NCBI GenBank assembly: GCA_903861205.1
Contig: CAIOTC010000018.1
Span: 11,800 to 75,799, forward strand
Direction of reading: 5' to 3'
Origin: an uncultured bacterium
Lineage (GTDB): Bacteria > Patescibacteriota > Minisyncoccia > Phycocordibacterales > DATDWN01
Length of the DNA stretch: 64,000 nucleotides
Part shown: positions 59,801 through 64,000 of the stretch, in pieces
How positions within the stretch are numbered: the first letter of the stretch is position 1
How the letters are laid out: each line of letters begins with the position of its first letter
Program-made: the position numbers and the translations under genes
The notes under the pieces: model-generated
Databases searched by the model: none
What the model was told of the DNA's origin: nothing
The model's input: only the letters and a program-made list of their open reading frames with translations

Positions 59801-60992
59801 CGGTGACTACTTGACCGTTTCGAAACTGCATCCGGGCTACGCCGCCAAAGCGCTGTACTCCGGCACCGTCATCGGCCAGGCGTTGGAGAGCACACCTGGT
59901 GTCAACGGCGAAGCAACGTTATCACCGGGTGTTAGCTCGAACCCAAACCCAGCCACTTCAACCATCCTCGCCTTCGTTCACGTCGGCTGGCAAAACGTCG
60001 ACAACCAATTCGTTCTCGGCGATAATGGCGACCAATTGACCGGCGATGTCGGCGACGGTGCGCCAAAAGATGCGGCTGACGGCGGATTCCTGATCAACCA
60101 AAAAGGCAGCGGTTCGATCTTGCAACTGCAATCGAACGACCAAAACCGATTCATGGTGGCGACATCCGGCGCAGTGACGATTTTGGCTGACACTTCGTGC
60201 GATGTTGGCGGAGAACTCTCACCTGGTGTCAACGGCGCAGCAACGTTATCACCGGGTGTGAGTTCGAACTCTTGCGCCAATCTCTTCACCGTCAAAAATA
60301 ATTCGAACGAAATCTTTAGCGTCAACGTTCGCGGAGATGTCGCGATCAAAGGCGTCTTGGTTGCTACCGACGATAGCTTTGCCGGATCGATTGCCACCAA
60401 AGCCGACGGTACCGCTGACATCGACTTCTCGTACAACCTCGGCACAGGCAAACCGGTCGTCGAGTTGACACCGGAGAGCGACTCGCCGGTCTTCGCGCAA
60501 GTCATGTCGTGGAAGAAAGACAGCGACGGCAACTACACCGGACTGGTCGTCAAAACATTTGGCTTGAGCGGCACAGCAATTTCCTCAACCGTGCACTACG
60601 TGGTGGTGGGGAAGAAAAGCGGCTACTCCACCAACGGAACAGTCATGAATGTGATGTCCTCACCGGGTGTCGGCGGCGCAGGAGCCGGAGGTGTTTCCTC
60701 GGGTAGCGAAGCGGACGGAGGTGACTCCTCGGGCGTACCGAGTGTGAGTTCAAACCCTGCTTCAACTACCCCTGACACTTCCGCCACAACCACGCCCGCA
60801 ACCGGAGAACTCTCACCTGGTGGAGCCGGAGGTGTTTCCTCGGGTGCCGACAGCCAGTCGGACACCGGAGGTGACTCCTCGGGCGCACCCGTTTCCACTC
60901 CCACCACCCCCGACACCCAACCAACCGCCTCCGCTTCAGTTGACATTCCAGCCTCAGTCCCAGCTTCCGTCGACACAAATCAAACACAATAA
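47859..60992 (+). CDS. Giant (4377 aa) fibre-like surface protein: N-terminal HTH, TM, GNVGIGT repeats, C-terminal intramolecular-chaperone/peptidase G2-like domain
   Basis: YISAKEAA..YSRDYIGQLCR..RIGHTWY; TM near residue 125-145; more than 20 GN(V/I)GIG(T/S)-like motifs; DIAENY..AGDVV..GIVSTKPG..PVALAGRVPVKV. Confidence 0.85.
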   Translation: MSSDLFFQNKKYISAKEAAELTSYSRDYIGQLCRDKKIDSKRIGHTWYVCEESILNYKNTPTDFDFAKNFKGALTPGVGDQTPGESSTNLFPRTDLQCPISRGQTSGTKFVKSTHKILFAKNFHFSKVFASVAAIVIFFLGTISLAQGFANLVPMTSKFAGDVSKISLSQIAKSAQNISDEISAAPENSYNALKDIAVFYSSEFTDGLINFGNKIQNATFAFLNQTKKLAKNPPLYIVQSLTGLAGGETKIVDSGISISGNAIATAHEKTFAFISDSIGGLPFVANYTTSTTKNMTSSVAMAVQEKALTPVDHAGISIYDSVNNFFRTNLYSPLLAFLGKSPNIVVPEKKSAGPMIAKNQGVLTPKSDLSTPGDNVASPLTPGEYKSAGITSAELDLRLQELDNKIAAKFAQLSTGNGGSVQNIYNMIAQSQVGAGVSNGGSASSATVANGLVAGTDISVNSITVTGSATSTFAGGIAISGGCISVNGVCLGSGSGNTTGGLAGQFPYYQNDGSTLYATSSIFITPNGNVGIGTTTPAKKFSVDGDVIVSGNIFTTLFNAISLSATNATTSNFAITNIKSSLLKTNADGTVVAAIAGTDYESSTTVNSLINASTTIAKLYTNNNFTGLQTFNYSSSTIYSSFVTASTTNLLAGTISLNGTDLQTTLNGKQSTISANWPFTLTGSTLGWNGLSTSSAATIGNIPYFTSANTFGNVGTTTPTFNLGLTAGGTWSVLGSAPTLTIATSSLYTGTTGQFPYFSGTNTITATSSLFLATSGNVGIGTAIPGVKLQVVGQSGTGNIGVINITGYDSFGQSLVMQLPSTGYTGNLIALMKAAGGSGQAMGFSTHFTSDAVDRFSIMNHLGVENLSVLDSGNVGIGSTSPTYKLSVEGTSSLGNQAIAGYFTATSTMATSTFAGGLDITKGLQLNSGYIFGAGLSSCNGTTAKLLWNATTGQFECGTDAGSSGLGISSINGLAVGVQKLATSSTNGGWGFLSSVDTHTLNIPTASATNPLGLLSSSDWTTFNNKDSFAFPFIAQSYGMSTTSTLGLLGGFFTPASASSTIAGTFNLPSLSNGALAVYNGLVGSYATTTAGSSLTYSGNAFNLNMANANSWTANQTFAFSSTTYASLTTASTTNLTIGGNTFNTLVGAGLINNSGALGLTNTSLTVNAGTGLSGGGTVALGGTITLSNQLATSSGESAGNLAYWTTTNGVPAKLGSVATTTLTASGALSLDHAISVLGSTPSILTCATANSSTFGCLAAADFSKFNSATTTFGGGLSYSNASNQATLNMANANTWTALQSFNYSSSTIYSSFVTASTTNLLAGTISLGGADLQTTLNSKLGTSLAKGKFLVGDDNGVAQATSTIFISSTGNVGIGTAVPGALVHILSSATKNVNGQEVLRLSGTAAADTIGSGPKILFTHSDNTVTASIRSYTFGASDTGLAFSTGYGALTDKMFINNAGSVGIGSTSPTYKLSVEGTSSLGNQAIAGYFTATSTMATSTFAGGLDITKGLQLNSGYIFGAGLGTCSSVTGKITWNSATGQFGCGTDAGSSGVGITSLGAQYSIAQTNAIQTLATSTSLDANLRLTITSAGDTHTFTPSWFGTLDDSRITSAANWNTAYSSRITSASLPLSFSGNVLSISQANGTTNGYLSAADFSKFNSATTTFGGGLTYTAGTNQATLNLGNANTWTALQSFNYSSSTIYSSFVTASTTNLLAGTISLGGTDLQTTLNGKQSTISASWPITLNGATVGFNGLSTSSAAVTGNIPYFTGANTFGNVATTTPTFNLGLTAGGTWSVLGSAPTLSIATSSLYTGTAGQFPYFSDTNTITATSSLFLATSGNVGIGTASPVTPLDIYRNGSYYNYLNLRNGQMSNNVGLPSVDTVFSVSQETPTYGKAIVTGVYSNGDSYALKLKGVSGATSLTAAPLVLTGAKRNSSSQVNVADTEQLLQVQKNDGTALMTMLGGGNLGIGTTSPSYKLDVMGGIASYGSSFFGGAITATSTLNVSGLATFAYSTTTYGSFTTASTTNFVLNGQTFNNLVGSGLSLNNGVLSATGGAGNVSTSSGEVMGQLSYWTTTNGTPAKLGSVATTTLTASGALSLDHAISVLGGTPAILTCTTANATTFGCLAAADFSRFNSATTTFSGGLSYTAGTNQASLNMANANTWTVNQSFNYSSSTIYSSFVTASTTNLLAGTISLNGTDLQTTLNSKLGTTLAKGKFIVGDDNGVAQATSTLYISSLGQIGIGDTSPSALLSVGTTTSTNAVGGMYFGKDTTANLYRSGAGWLKTDGNLEVAGGTGLKISSGALNMNGGAISSIRQLVGATTDDGTGVINFSNANLTSAQYINLTQNTSAFTGDGLKFNFAAGSGSFTGNFAEFQNNSVTKFVVKSDGSTGIGSSTPGSLLSIGGNGTGWNFFDNGTTTSYAKGIDLKNGGCFAVNGTCLSSGGLSAAITSLNGLTGAIQTFATTSIAGGWGWSSVGTTHTLNIPTASATNPLGLLSGADFTTFSNKLGNTLAKGNFFVGSDGNVAQATSSIFISSTGSIGIGTQNPSSLLSILGTTGGPSLFNVASTSGNSIFSILNNGSIGIGTSSPLATLDIQNNPTSFQNLLNFSNSSGTSLMNVGWYGDLTQNISSTSAVNIQDGAGNSVFSIDTTQSSSNAGLDITAGGAQSGNLLNVYSSGGDLLSGITSEGGWFSNIGSTNALSLQNGSGLPAFTFDTIGNQLTVGSSTVPTTSLLNVIAVDQSTDLFDIASTSGTTSYLHVTNTGQTGIGTSTINGTSLASTLTVAGDANFPTYPLLTIASSTGTNLLTLGVNGYLGLGSTTPGSLLSVGGDAVGINFSLATTTYSTTGGINLTKGGCFAVNGTCLSGGGISGLTGSTLAKGSFLVGGDNNQSQATSTLYISSLGQIGIGSTTPWGLLSVNANALTSDTPQFVVGSSTATNFIVANNGNVGIGTTSPQATLNVWGTSGTNPFLVSSSTGSGLMVVQQNGNVGIGTTGPNADLDISNANLTQTIRLGYSGTPAGQYAQFQFNKASDNSLNILTNYSGGTNNVITFSPGGTEKVRFQQNGNVGIGTTTVGSRLVVQGSGATSATTALTVQNSAGSVAMSILNNGNVGIGTTSPSQLLTVGNNNQFTVSSVGALVSQTATIGATAVVPVVVSGTGIFGGASPNGTYSYIGKDGFGANEYQFGTWYIWWDNAVPCWIINHSLGTWSSNGFYSSGGSGTPPYGLAWNNGSSGTVTTAAGVASNLTVDGGGSIITGGTLSVNGTGNSYILGNVGIGTTSPQATLNVWGTSGTNPFLVSSSTGSGLMVVQQNGNVGIGTTTPTNKLTITDTANPQLTLSADAGVSQWAFRNAGGNLYFATTTVAGTATTSTSALSIFNNGNVSIGNSATANTLTVGGGSNLASISNTATSTFSHSISLSDGCFAIGNTCIGSSNGSGTVGVGTQGYVPFYNTATDVLQATSTLYIAQSGYVGIGGVTSPTNPLDVRVGGSVASPKLISFDLLGSVERIKTTSTALDLPNFIYLDSSSGDATLSNTANTQSQILLGANTTVEGQGSLYLDTFSGGGGSIFFRPLGTQKMVLTSDGKLGVNTTAPAGNLQVNDGANAFLVNASGQVGIGTTTLTSKLSVEGSVTSSGASAVAGLFASSTLSNSNGSGFQFGNRLINNVIGGTAGTEDGLFVRMIDSSSAANTVRGLEVQAYSGNNTAGVNTGIATYGKTFGLQAYTTALAGGVSQPAAVFAQLDNGGAPTIGNAIRAYSNSLTSATLVSLYHETSAFTGTGLAMNFGNNSGSFSGNFLDLQNAGVSKFRVNSVGQTIIGSAGSFNSSMLDVASSTATSNVDMFRIISDVGGAANVKFRIDSDGDVFTDGGTTIGSPADIAENYPVAEDGLEAGDVVALSTSTRVPLVDSGLQGGPLLGDSATTTISGLVKASRTERNILGIVSTKPGVLLSGNTENAVPVALAGRVPVKVSDENGAIVVGDYLTVSKLHPGYAAKALYSGTVIGQALESTPGVNGEATLSPGVSSNPNPATSTILAFVHVGWQNVDNQFVLGDNGDQLTGDVGDGAPKDAADGGFLINQKGSGSILQLQSNDQNRFMVATSGAVTILADTSCDVGGELSPGVNGAATLSPGVSSNSCANLFTVKNNSNEIFSVNVRGDVAIKGVLVATDDSFAGSIATKADGTADIDFSYNLGTGKPVVELTPESDSPVFAQVMSWKKDSDGNYTGLVVKTFGLSGTAISSTVHYVVVGKKSGYSTNGTVMNVMSSPGVGGAGAGGVSSGSEADGGDSSGVPSVSSNPASTTPDTSATTTPATGELSPGGAGGVSSGADSQSDTGGDSSGAPVSTPTTPDTQPTASASVDIPASVPASVDTNQTQ
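48077..48190. repeat. Adjacent CAC-N3-GTG hairpin and AGG-N5-CCT doublet inside the giant CDS
   Basis: CACACCGGGTGTT...AACACCCGGTG (LTPGVGDQTPGE), then GAGGACTGACCTC...GAGGTCAGACCTC (PRTDLQCPISRGQTSG). Confidence 0.85.
48958..49020. repeat. CAC-N3-GTG hairpin element inside the giant CDS
   Basis: TCCACACCTGGTGATAACGTTGCTTCGCCGTTGACACCAGGTGAG encodes STPGDNVASPLTPGE. Confidence 0.85.
59566..59615. repeat. AGG-N5-CCT inverted doublet inside the giant CDS
   Basis: ACAAGGGTCCCCCTTGT-N12-ACAAGGGGGACCCTTGT encodes TRVPLVDSGLQGGPLL. Confidence 0.85.
59891..59932. repeat. CAC-N3-GTG element, reverse orientation, inside the giant CDS
   Basis: CACACCTGGTGTCAACGGCGAAGCAACGTTATCACCGGGTGT encodes TPGVNGEATLSPGV. 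Confidence 0.85.
60213..60265. repeat. CAC-N3-GTG element, reverse orientation, inside the giant CDS
   Basis: GAACTCTCACCTGGTGTCAACGGCGCAGCAACGTTATCACCGGGTGTGAGTTC encodes ELSPGVNGAATLSPGVSS. Confidence 0.85.
60659..60885. repeat. Nested and duplicated palindromic elements in the giant-protein tail
   Basis: Four CGGAGGTG(TT/AC)TCCTCGGG units (AGG at 60689, 60719, 60830, 60869) associated with CAC-N3-GTG arms. Confidence 0.8.
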
Positions 60993-61003
60993 TTTTAAAA
61001 AAC

Positions 61004-61666
61004 ATGAAAAATCGCGACTATAAAGAGTTTGCAGAAGGTGAGTATTATCACATTTTTAACCGCGGTGTCGGCAAGATGGATATTTTTTTGGATGACCAAG
61101 ACTACCTAAACTTTCTCAAGCGCCTGAAAATCGTTCTGAACTTGACTCCAAAAAGGGTGCCCCTTTTGGGTTCGGATTCAGAAAAAGGGGCACCCTTTTT
61201 GCACCTGTCTCCGTTGCCTGAAAATTCCTTTGAAATCATCTGTTATTGTCTGATGCCTAACCACTTCCATTTTATTATTAAACAACTCGGCGACATTTCA
61301 ATAAGCGATTTGATTTCAAAAATCTGCATTAGTTACTCAATGTATTTCAATAAAAAAAATGATCGAGTTGGTTCCTTGTATCAAGATCAGTTCAAAGCCA
61401 TCAACATTGCTACCGACCAGTATCTCCTCTGGCTTTCCGCCTACATCCACCAAAATCCGCATGTGGCCGGGTTGGTCAAAAATTTGGCGGACTGGAAATG
61501 GTCCAGCTACCCCGACTACATCGGCGCGCGGCAGGGAACTTTGTGCAAAAAGGACGTGGTGCTAGAGCGATTCAAAAACGCGCGCGAGTACGCCGACTTT
61601 GTGGATAGCGGTTTTGATATAATAAAAAATAAGGCGGAGTTGAAAGATTTATTGTTGGATTTTTAA
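61004..61666 (+). mobile_element. Y1 HUH transposase, REP-associated (RAYT2)
   Basis: YYHIFNRG, MPNHFHF, YFNKKN.RVG.LYQ..FK, YIHQNP, WSSY. Confidence 0.9.
61150..61200. repeat. REP doublet inside the RAYT2 CDS
   Basis: AAAAAGGGTGCCCCTTTT...AAAAGGGGCACCCTTTTT, a perfect 18-bp inverted pair encoding KRVPLLGSDSEKGAPF. Confidence 0.9.
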
Positions 61667-61691
61667 AACGATGAAAATGCTCACATTTTTT

Positions 61692-61725
61692 CAAAAAAAA
61701 ACATCAGAGAGGGACACCCTCTCTG
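61692..61725 (-). terminator. REP palindrome also usable as an intrinsic terminator
   Basis: CAGAGAGGG-ACA-CCCTCTCTG at 61705-61725, followed on the minus strand by a T9 tract. Confidence 0.7.
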
Positions 61726-61729
61726 CGGC

Positions 61730-61810
61730 TCATTTGTTTTTCTTGGCCAAAATAATCAAGAGAATAAAAGCGATGGCGAGCAACGCTCCGAGGATATAGA
61801 TGTTTATCAT
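61730..61810 (-). CDS. 26-aa single-TM peptide MINIYILGALLAIAFILLIILAKKNK
   Basis: Translated by hand; promoter TTGACA-N18-TATTAT at 61891-61862; terminator directly after the stop. Confidence 0.6.
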   Translation of the reverse strand: MINIYILGALLAIAFILLIILAKKNK

Positions 61811-61940
61811 AGAATTGTAAATAGGGGACATAATAATTATGACTTGGTTAATATTAAAATAATAATACAGCGAGTATGAATATTTTGTCAACGAAAATCA
61901 AGAAGTTGTGGATAGGTTCGGTGTGTTAAAATGAAAAGAA

Positions 61941-62165
61941 ATGTTCAAAATTTTTAGAAAAACAAATATCGGAGAGGGAGAGGGTGCCCCTCTCAACCCA
62001 AAAAGGAGAGGGGCACCCTCTCTGTGGTCCAAAGGTTACATTAAAACCAAGAAAATAATTACCATCGCCGTTATTCTAGTCCTCATTGCCACCTCGATTA
62101 TTGTTCTGCCGTTGCTCACCCAGGCGTCGTGGTTTGGGGCGGGCAAGGCGGGTGTGTTAAAATAA
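61941..62165 (+). pseudogene. Truncated leader of a secreted protein, with an in-frame REP doublet
   Basis: KTKKIITIAVILVLIATSIIVLPLLTQASWF resembles the leader of the 62770 ORF; GAGAGGGTGCCCCTCTC...GAGAGGGGCACCCTCTC at 61978-62022. Confidence 0.6.
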
Positions 62166-62169
62166 AAAC

Positions 62170-62646
62170 ATGCTTGAATTTACAAATAAACAATTTGAGG
62201 AAGTAAAAATTAAAAGTGAAGCTTTTTACAAAAATATCGGTGAGATTTATTGTCCATATTTAAAAGAAAAAGTTTCTTTTAATACCAAAGGCCTTGAACA
62301 TCTAAGATTTAAACATAGATGGAAATCTCGTCCTGAAAAAGACCAATACATGAGATTAAAACTCATTCATCTTGCTCCGGAAGTTTTAAAATTATCACAT
62401 ACAGTGCAGGGTATTTTAGAAACCAAAAAATTTGAGAGAATAAGAATGAAAGCTAGGACAGACACAATTTTGAAACCGGTCACTTATTTTGAATTCATCT
62501 CAGTTTTAAAGAGAAACAGAGTTAGAATTGTTGTAAAGCAAATTGAAAATGGTCAAAAATTTTTCTGGAGCATTATTCCATTCTGGAAAATGAATAGAGA
62601 AACAATGACAAGGATATTGCACGATGGCGATCCGGAGGAGGATTAA
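62170..62646 (+). CDS. Basic hypothetical protein, putative BECR-fold (barnase/RelE-like) RNase
   Basis: Clean 158-aa ORF behind TGTTAAAAT; FNTKGLEHL and C-terminal beta strands ending FFWSIIP. The fold call is an inference. Confidence 0.55.
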   Translation: MLEFTNKQFEEVKIKSEAFYKNIGEIYCPYLKEKVSFNTKGLEHLRFKHRWKSRPEKDQYMRLKLIHLAPEVLKLSHTVQGILETKKFERIRMKARTDTILKPVTYFEFISVLKRNRVRIVVKQIENGQKFFWSIIPFWKMNRETMTRILHDGDPEED

Positions 62647-62651
62647 ACAAC

Positions 62652-62736
62652 AAAAAATCCGCCAAAACAGCGGGTCCTTTGTTAGCGTTTGGCTACAGCG
62701 TATATAGCCGTGAGAGGGCGAACCCTTCCAAACGCC
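62652..62736 (-). ncRNA. Candidate structured small RNA convergent with the putative RNase
   Basis: Promoter TTGACT-N16-TATACT with extended TG (62770-62743); stems GGCGUUU/AAACGCU, AGGG-UUCG-CCCU, GGCUAUA/UGUAGCC; terminator CCGC..GCGG plus U6. Confidence 0.6.
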
Positions 62737-62769
62737 ACAACCAGTATATCACCCCCAAATGAAAAGTCA

Positions 62770-64000
62770 ATGAAAAACCAACTGACAAAAAAGAATAAAA
62801 AAATTAGATCTCACCGAGTGTCATCTGCGAAGCAAAGGGTCACTCGGTGTGAGCTAATTTTTCCAATCAGAACTCATGAACCACACTCGGTGACTGCGTT
62901 ACTGCGTCGCCGACACCAAGTGAGCTTCATGAGCCAGCGGGGGTTTGTCAAAACCAAAAAGGTGATCACGGTGGCGGTGCTCACGGTCCTCGTGGCCGCG
63001 TCGATTGTCATTCTGCCGACCTTAACGCAGGCGAGTTGGTTTTCGAACGGCAAAGGCACCTGGAACTACCGCCAGAAAATTACACTCAATCACAAGCAGG
63101 TCAACCAAGCGACGAAAAGCAAAACGCCGCTCGCCAATTTTCCCGTCCTCATCAGCACGACAAACGTCCAGTTCAAATCGCTCACAAACGGCGGGCATGT
63201 CGGGCTGGACACCGGTTACGACATTGTCTTTACCACCGGCGATGGCAAAACCAAACTGGCGCACGAAATTGAAAAGTACGACGCCACGACCGGCCAAATA
63301 ATCGCCTGGGTCAAAGTTCCGTCGCTCAGCCCGACCACCGACACCACTATATATATGTACTACGGCAACGCCGCGGAAACCGGCAACGAGCAGAATGCGA
63401 CGGGGGTTTGGGATAGTAATTATCAATCCATCTACCATTTAGGCAACGGCACATCGCTTTCTGTCAGCGATTCCAAAAATGCTCACAATGCGACGAATAA
63501 CGGACCGGTAACTGCCACCACAGGACGAATTGACGGCGCGGCGAATGGCTTCAATTCTACCGGAACAAAATATATAGATACAGGCTATCCAATGCTTTCC
63601 ACTACCGATACAGCGGCTCCGTATACCGTGAGTTTGTGGTTTTCCAATGTGACTAATACCGTAGATTTAATTGGTCAGTTTGTTTCAGGTGATGCCGGAA
63701 GAACCACTCTTAATAAGGCGGGAAGTGTATTAATTTTTACTACAAATGGAGGCGCAAGGATTACAGGAACAAAAACAGTTAATGATGGCAGTATGCATTA
63801 TGTGACTCTAATAAAAGATAGTTCTAAAATTGTGACTATGTATGTTGATGGAGTACAAGATGGCAATACTTACACTAACAATGCGACTGCTTCAAACGTA
63901 AATACTTGGATCGGAAGAGGTTTTTATTATTTTACTGGTGGAATAATTGATGAAGTTCGTTTTTCCTCCACCGCCCGCACAGCCGACTGGATAAAAACCG
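62770..64000 (+). CDS. Secreted DUF2341 plus LamG domain protein, partial (start at 62770 or 62929)
   Basis: Frame open to the window end and absent from the ORF track; signal/TM, WNYRQKITL, NFPVL, DIVFT, HEIEKY, AWVKVP, IYMYYGN, YVDG, IDEVRFS. Confidence 0.85.
   Translation, partial: MKNQLTKKNKKIRSHRVSSAKQRVTRCELIFPIRTHEPHSVTALLRRRHQVSFMSQRGFVKTKKVITVAVLTVLVAASIVILPTLTQASWFSNGKGTWNYRQKITLNHKQVNQATKSKTPLANFPVLISTTNVQFKSLTNGGHVGLDTGYDIVFTTGDGKTKLAHEIEKYDATTGQIIAWVKVPSLSPTTDTTIYMYYGNAAETGNEQNATGVWDSNYQSIYHLGNGTSLSVSDSKNAHNATNNGPVTATTGRIDGAANGFNSTGTKYIDTGYPMLSTTDTAAPYTVSLWFSNVTNTVDLIGQFVSGDAGRTTLNKAGSVLIFTTNGGARITGTKTVNDGSMHYVTLIKDSSKIVTMYVDGVQDGNTYTNNATASNVNTWIGRGFYYFTGGIIDEVRFSSTARTADWIKT
62799..62933. 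repeat. Two CAC-N3-GTG hairpin elements
   Basis: CACCGAGTG..GCGAAGC..CACTCGGTG (62799-62862) and CACTCGGTG...CACCAAGTG (62873-62933). Confidence 0.8.

Noticed and set aside
48946-60976. Many antisense and alternate-frame ORFs inside the giant gene (also within secA and the TPP gene)
   Set aside because: Shadow ORFs caused by biased codon usage, with no recognisable domains.
39661-60992. Prophage (transglycosylase, tail-fibre-like protein, HTH)
   Set aside because: No capsid, terminase, portal or integrase genes, and the region is interleaved with obg and gatB.
45690-62933. CRISPR array from the recurring palindromes
   Set aside because: Copies are dispersed or paired, not regularly spaced with unique spacers, and there are no cas genes.

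Overview
Bacterial chromosomal window. By inference it comes from a Patescibacteria (CPR, Parcubacteria-like) genome, based on the giant GNVGIGT-repeat protein with an N-terminal HTH, near-leaderless genes and lineage-style hypothetical proteins. Positions 1-35.3 kb hold a large surface-glycan locus: GT2, GT4, GT10, GT11, GT17 and GT-C transferases, many methyltransferases, gmd, fcl, a ColD-type dehydratase, a TPP enzyme, wzm/wzt, a B12 radical SAM enzyme and an O-antigen-ligase-like TPR protein. Positions 35.3-47.8 kb hold two candidate small RNAs, a 17-aa basic peptide, secA, a Y1 HUH (RAYT-type) transposase, a lytic transglycosylase, Trx/DsbB, MYG1, obg, gatB and a MerR-type HTH gene. Positions 47.9-64 kb hold a 4377-aa mosaic fibre-like protein, a second RAYT, a 26-aa membrane peptide, a putative RNase next to a convergent structured ncRNA, and a DUF2341/LamG protein running off the end. 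The most striking signal is two RAYT genes, each carrying its own flanking palindrome in frame inside its coding sequence. They sit among about 19 palindromes that share an AGG-N5-CCT core and a second CAC-N3-GTG hairpin family, and these elements write short peptides into GatB and the giant surface protein. All family calls come from motif recognition, not database searches. Non-ORF coordinates were counted by hand and may be off by a few bases.
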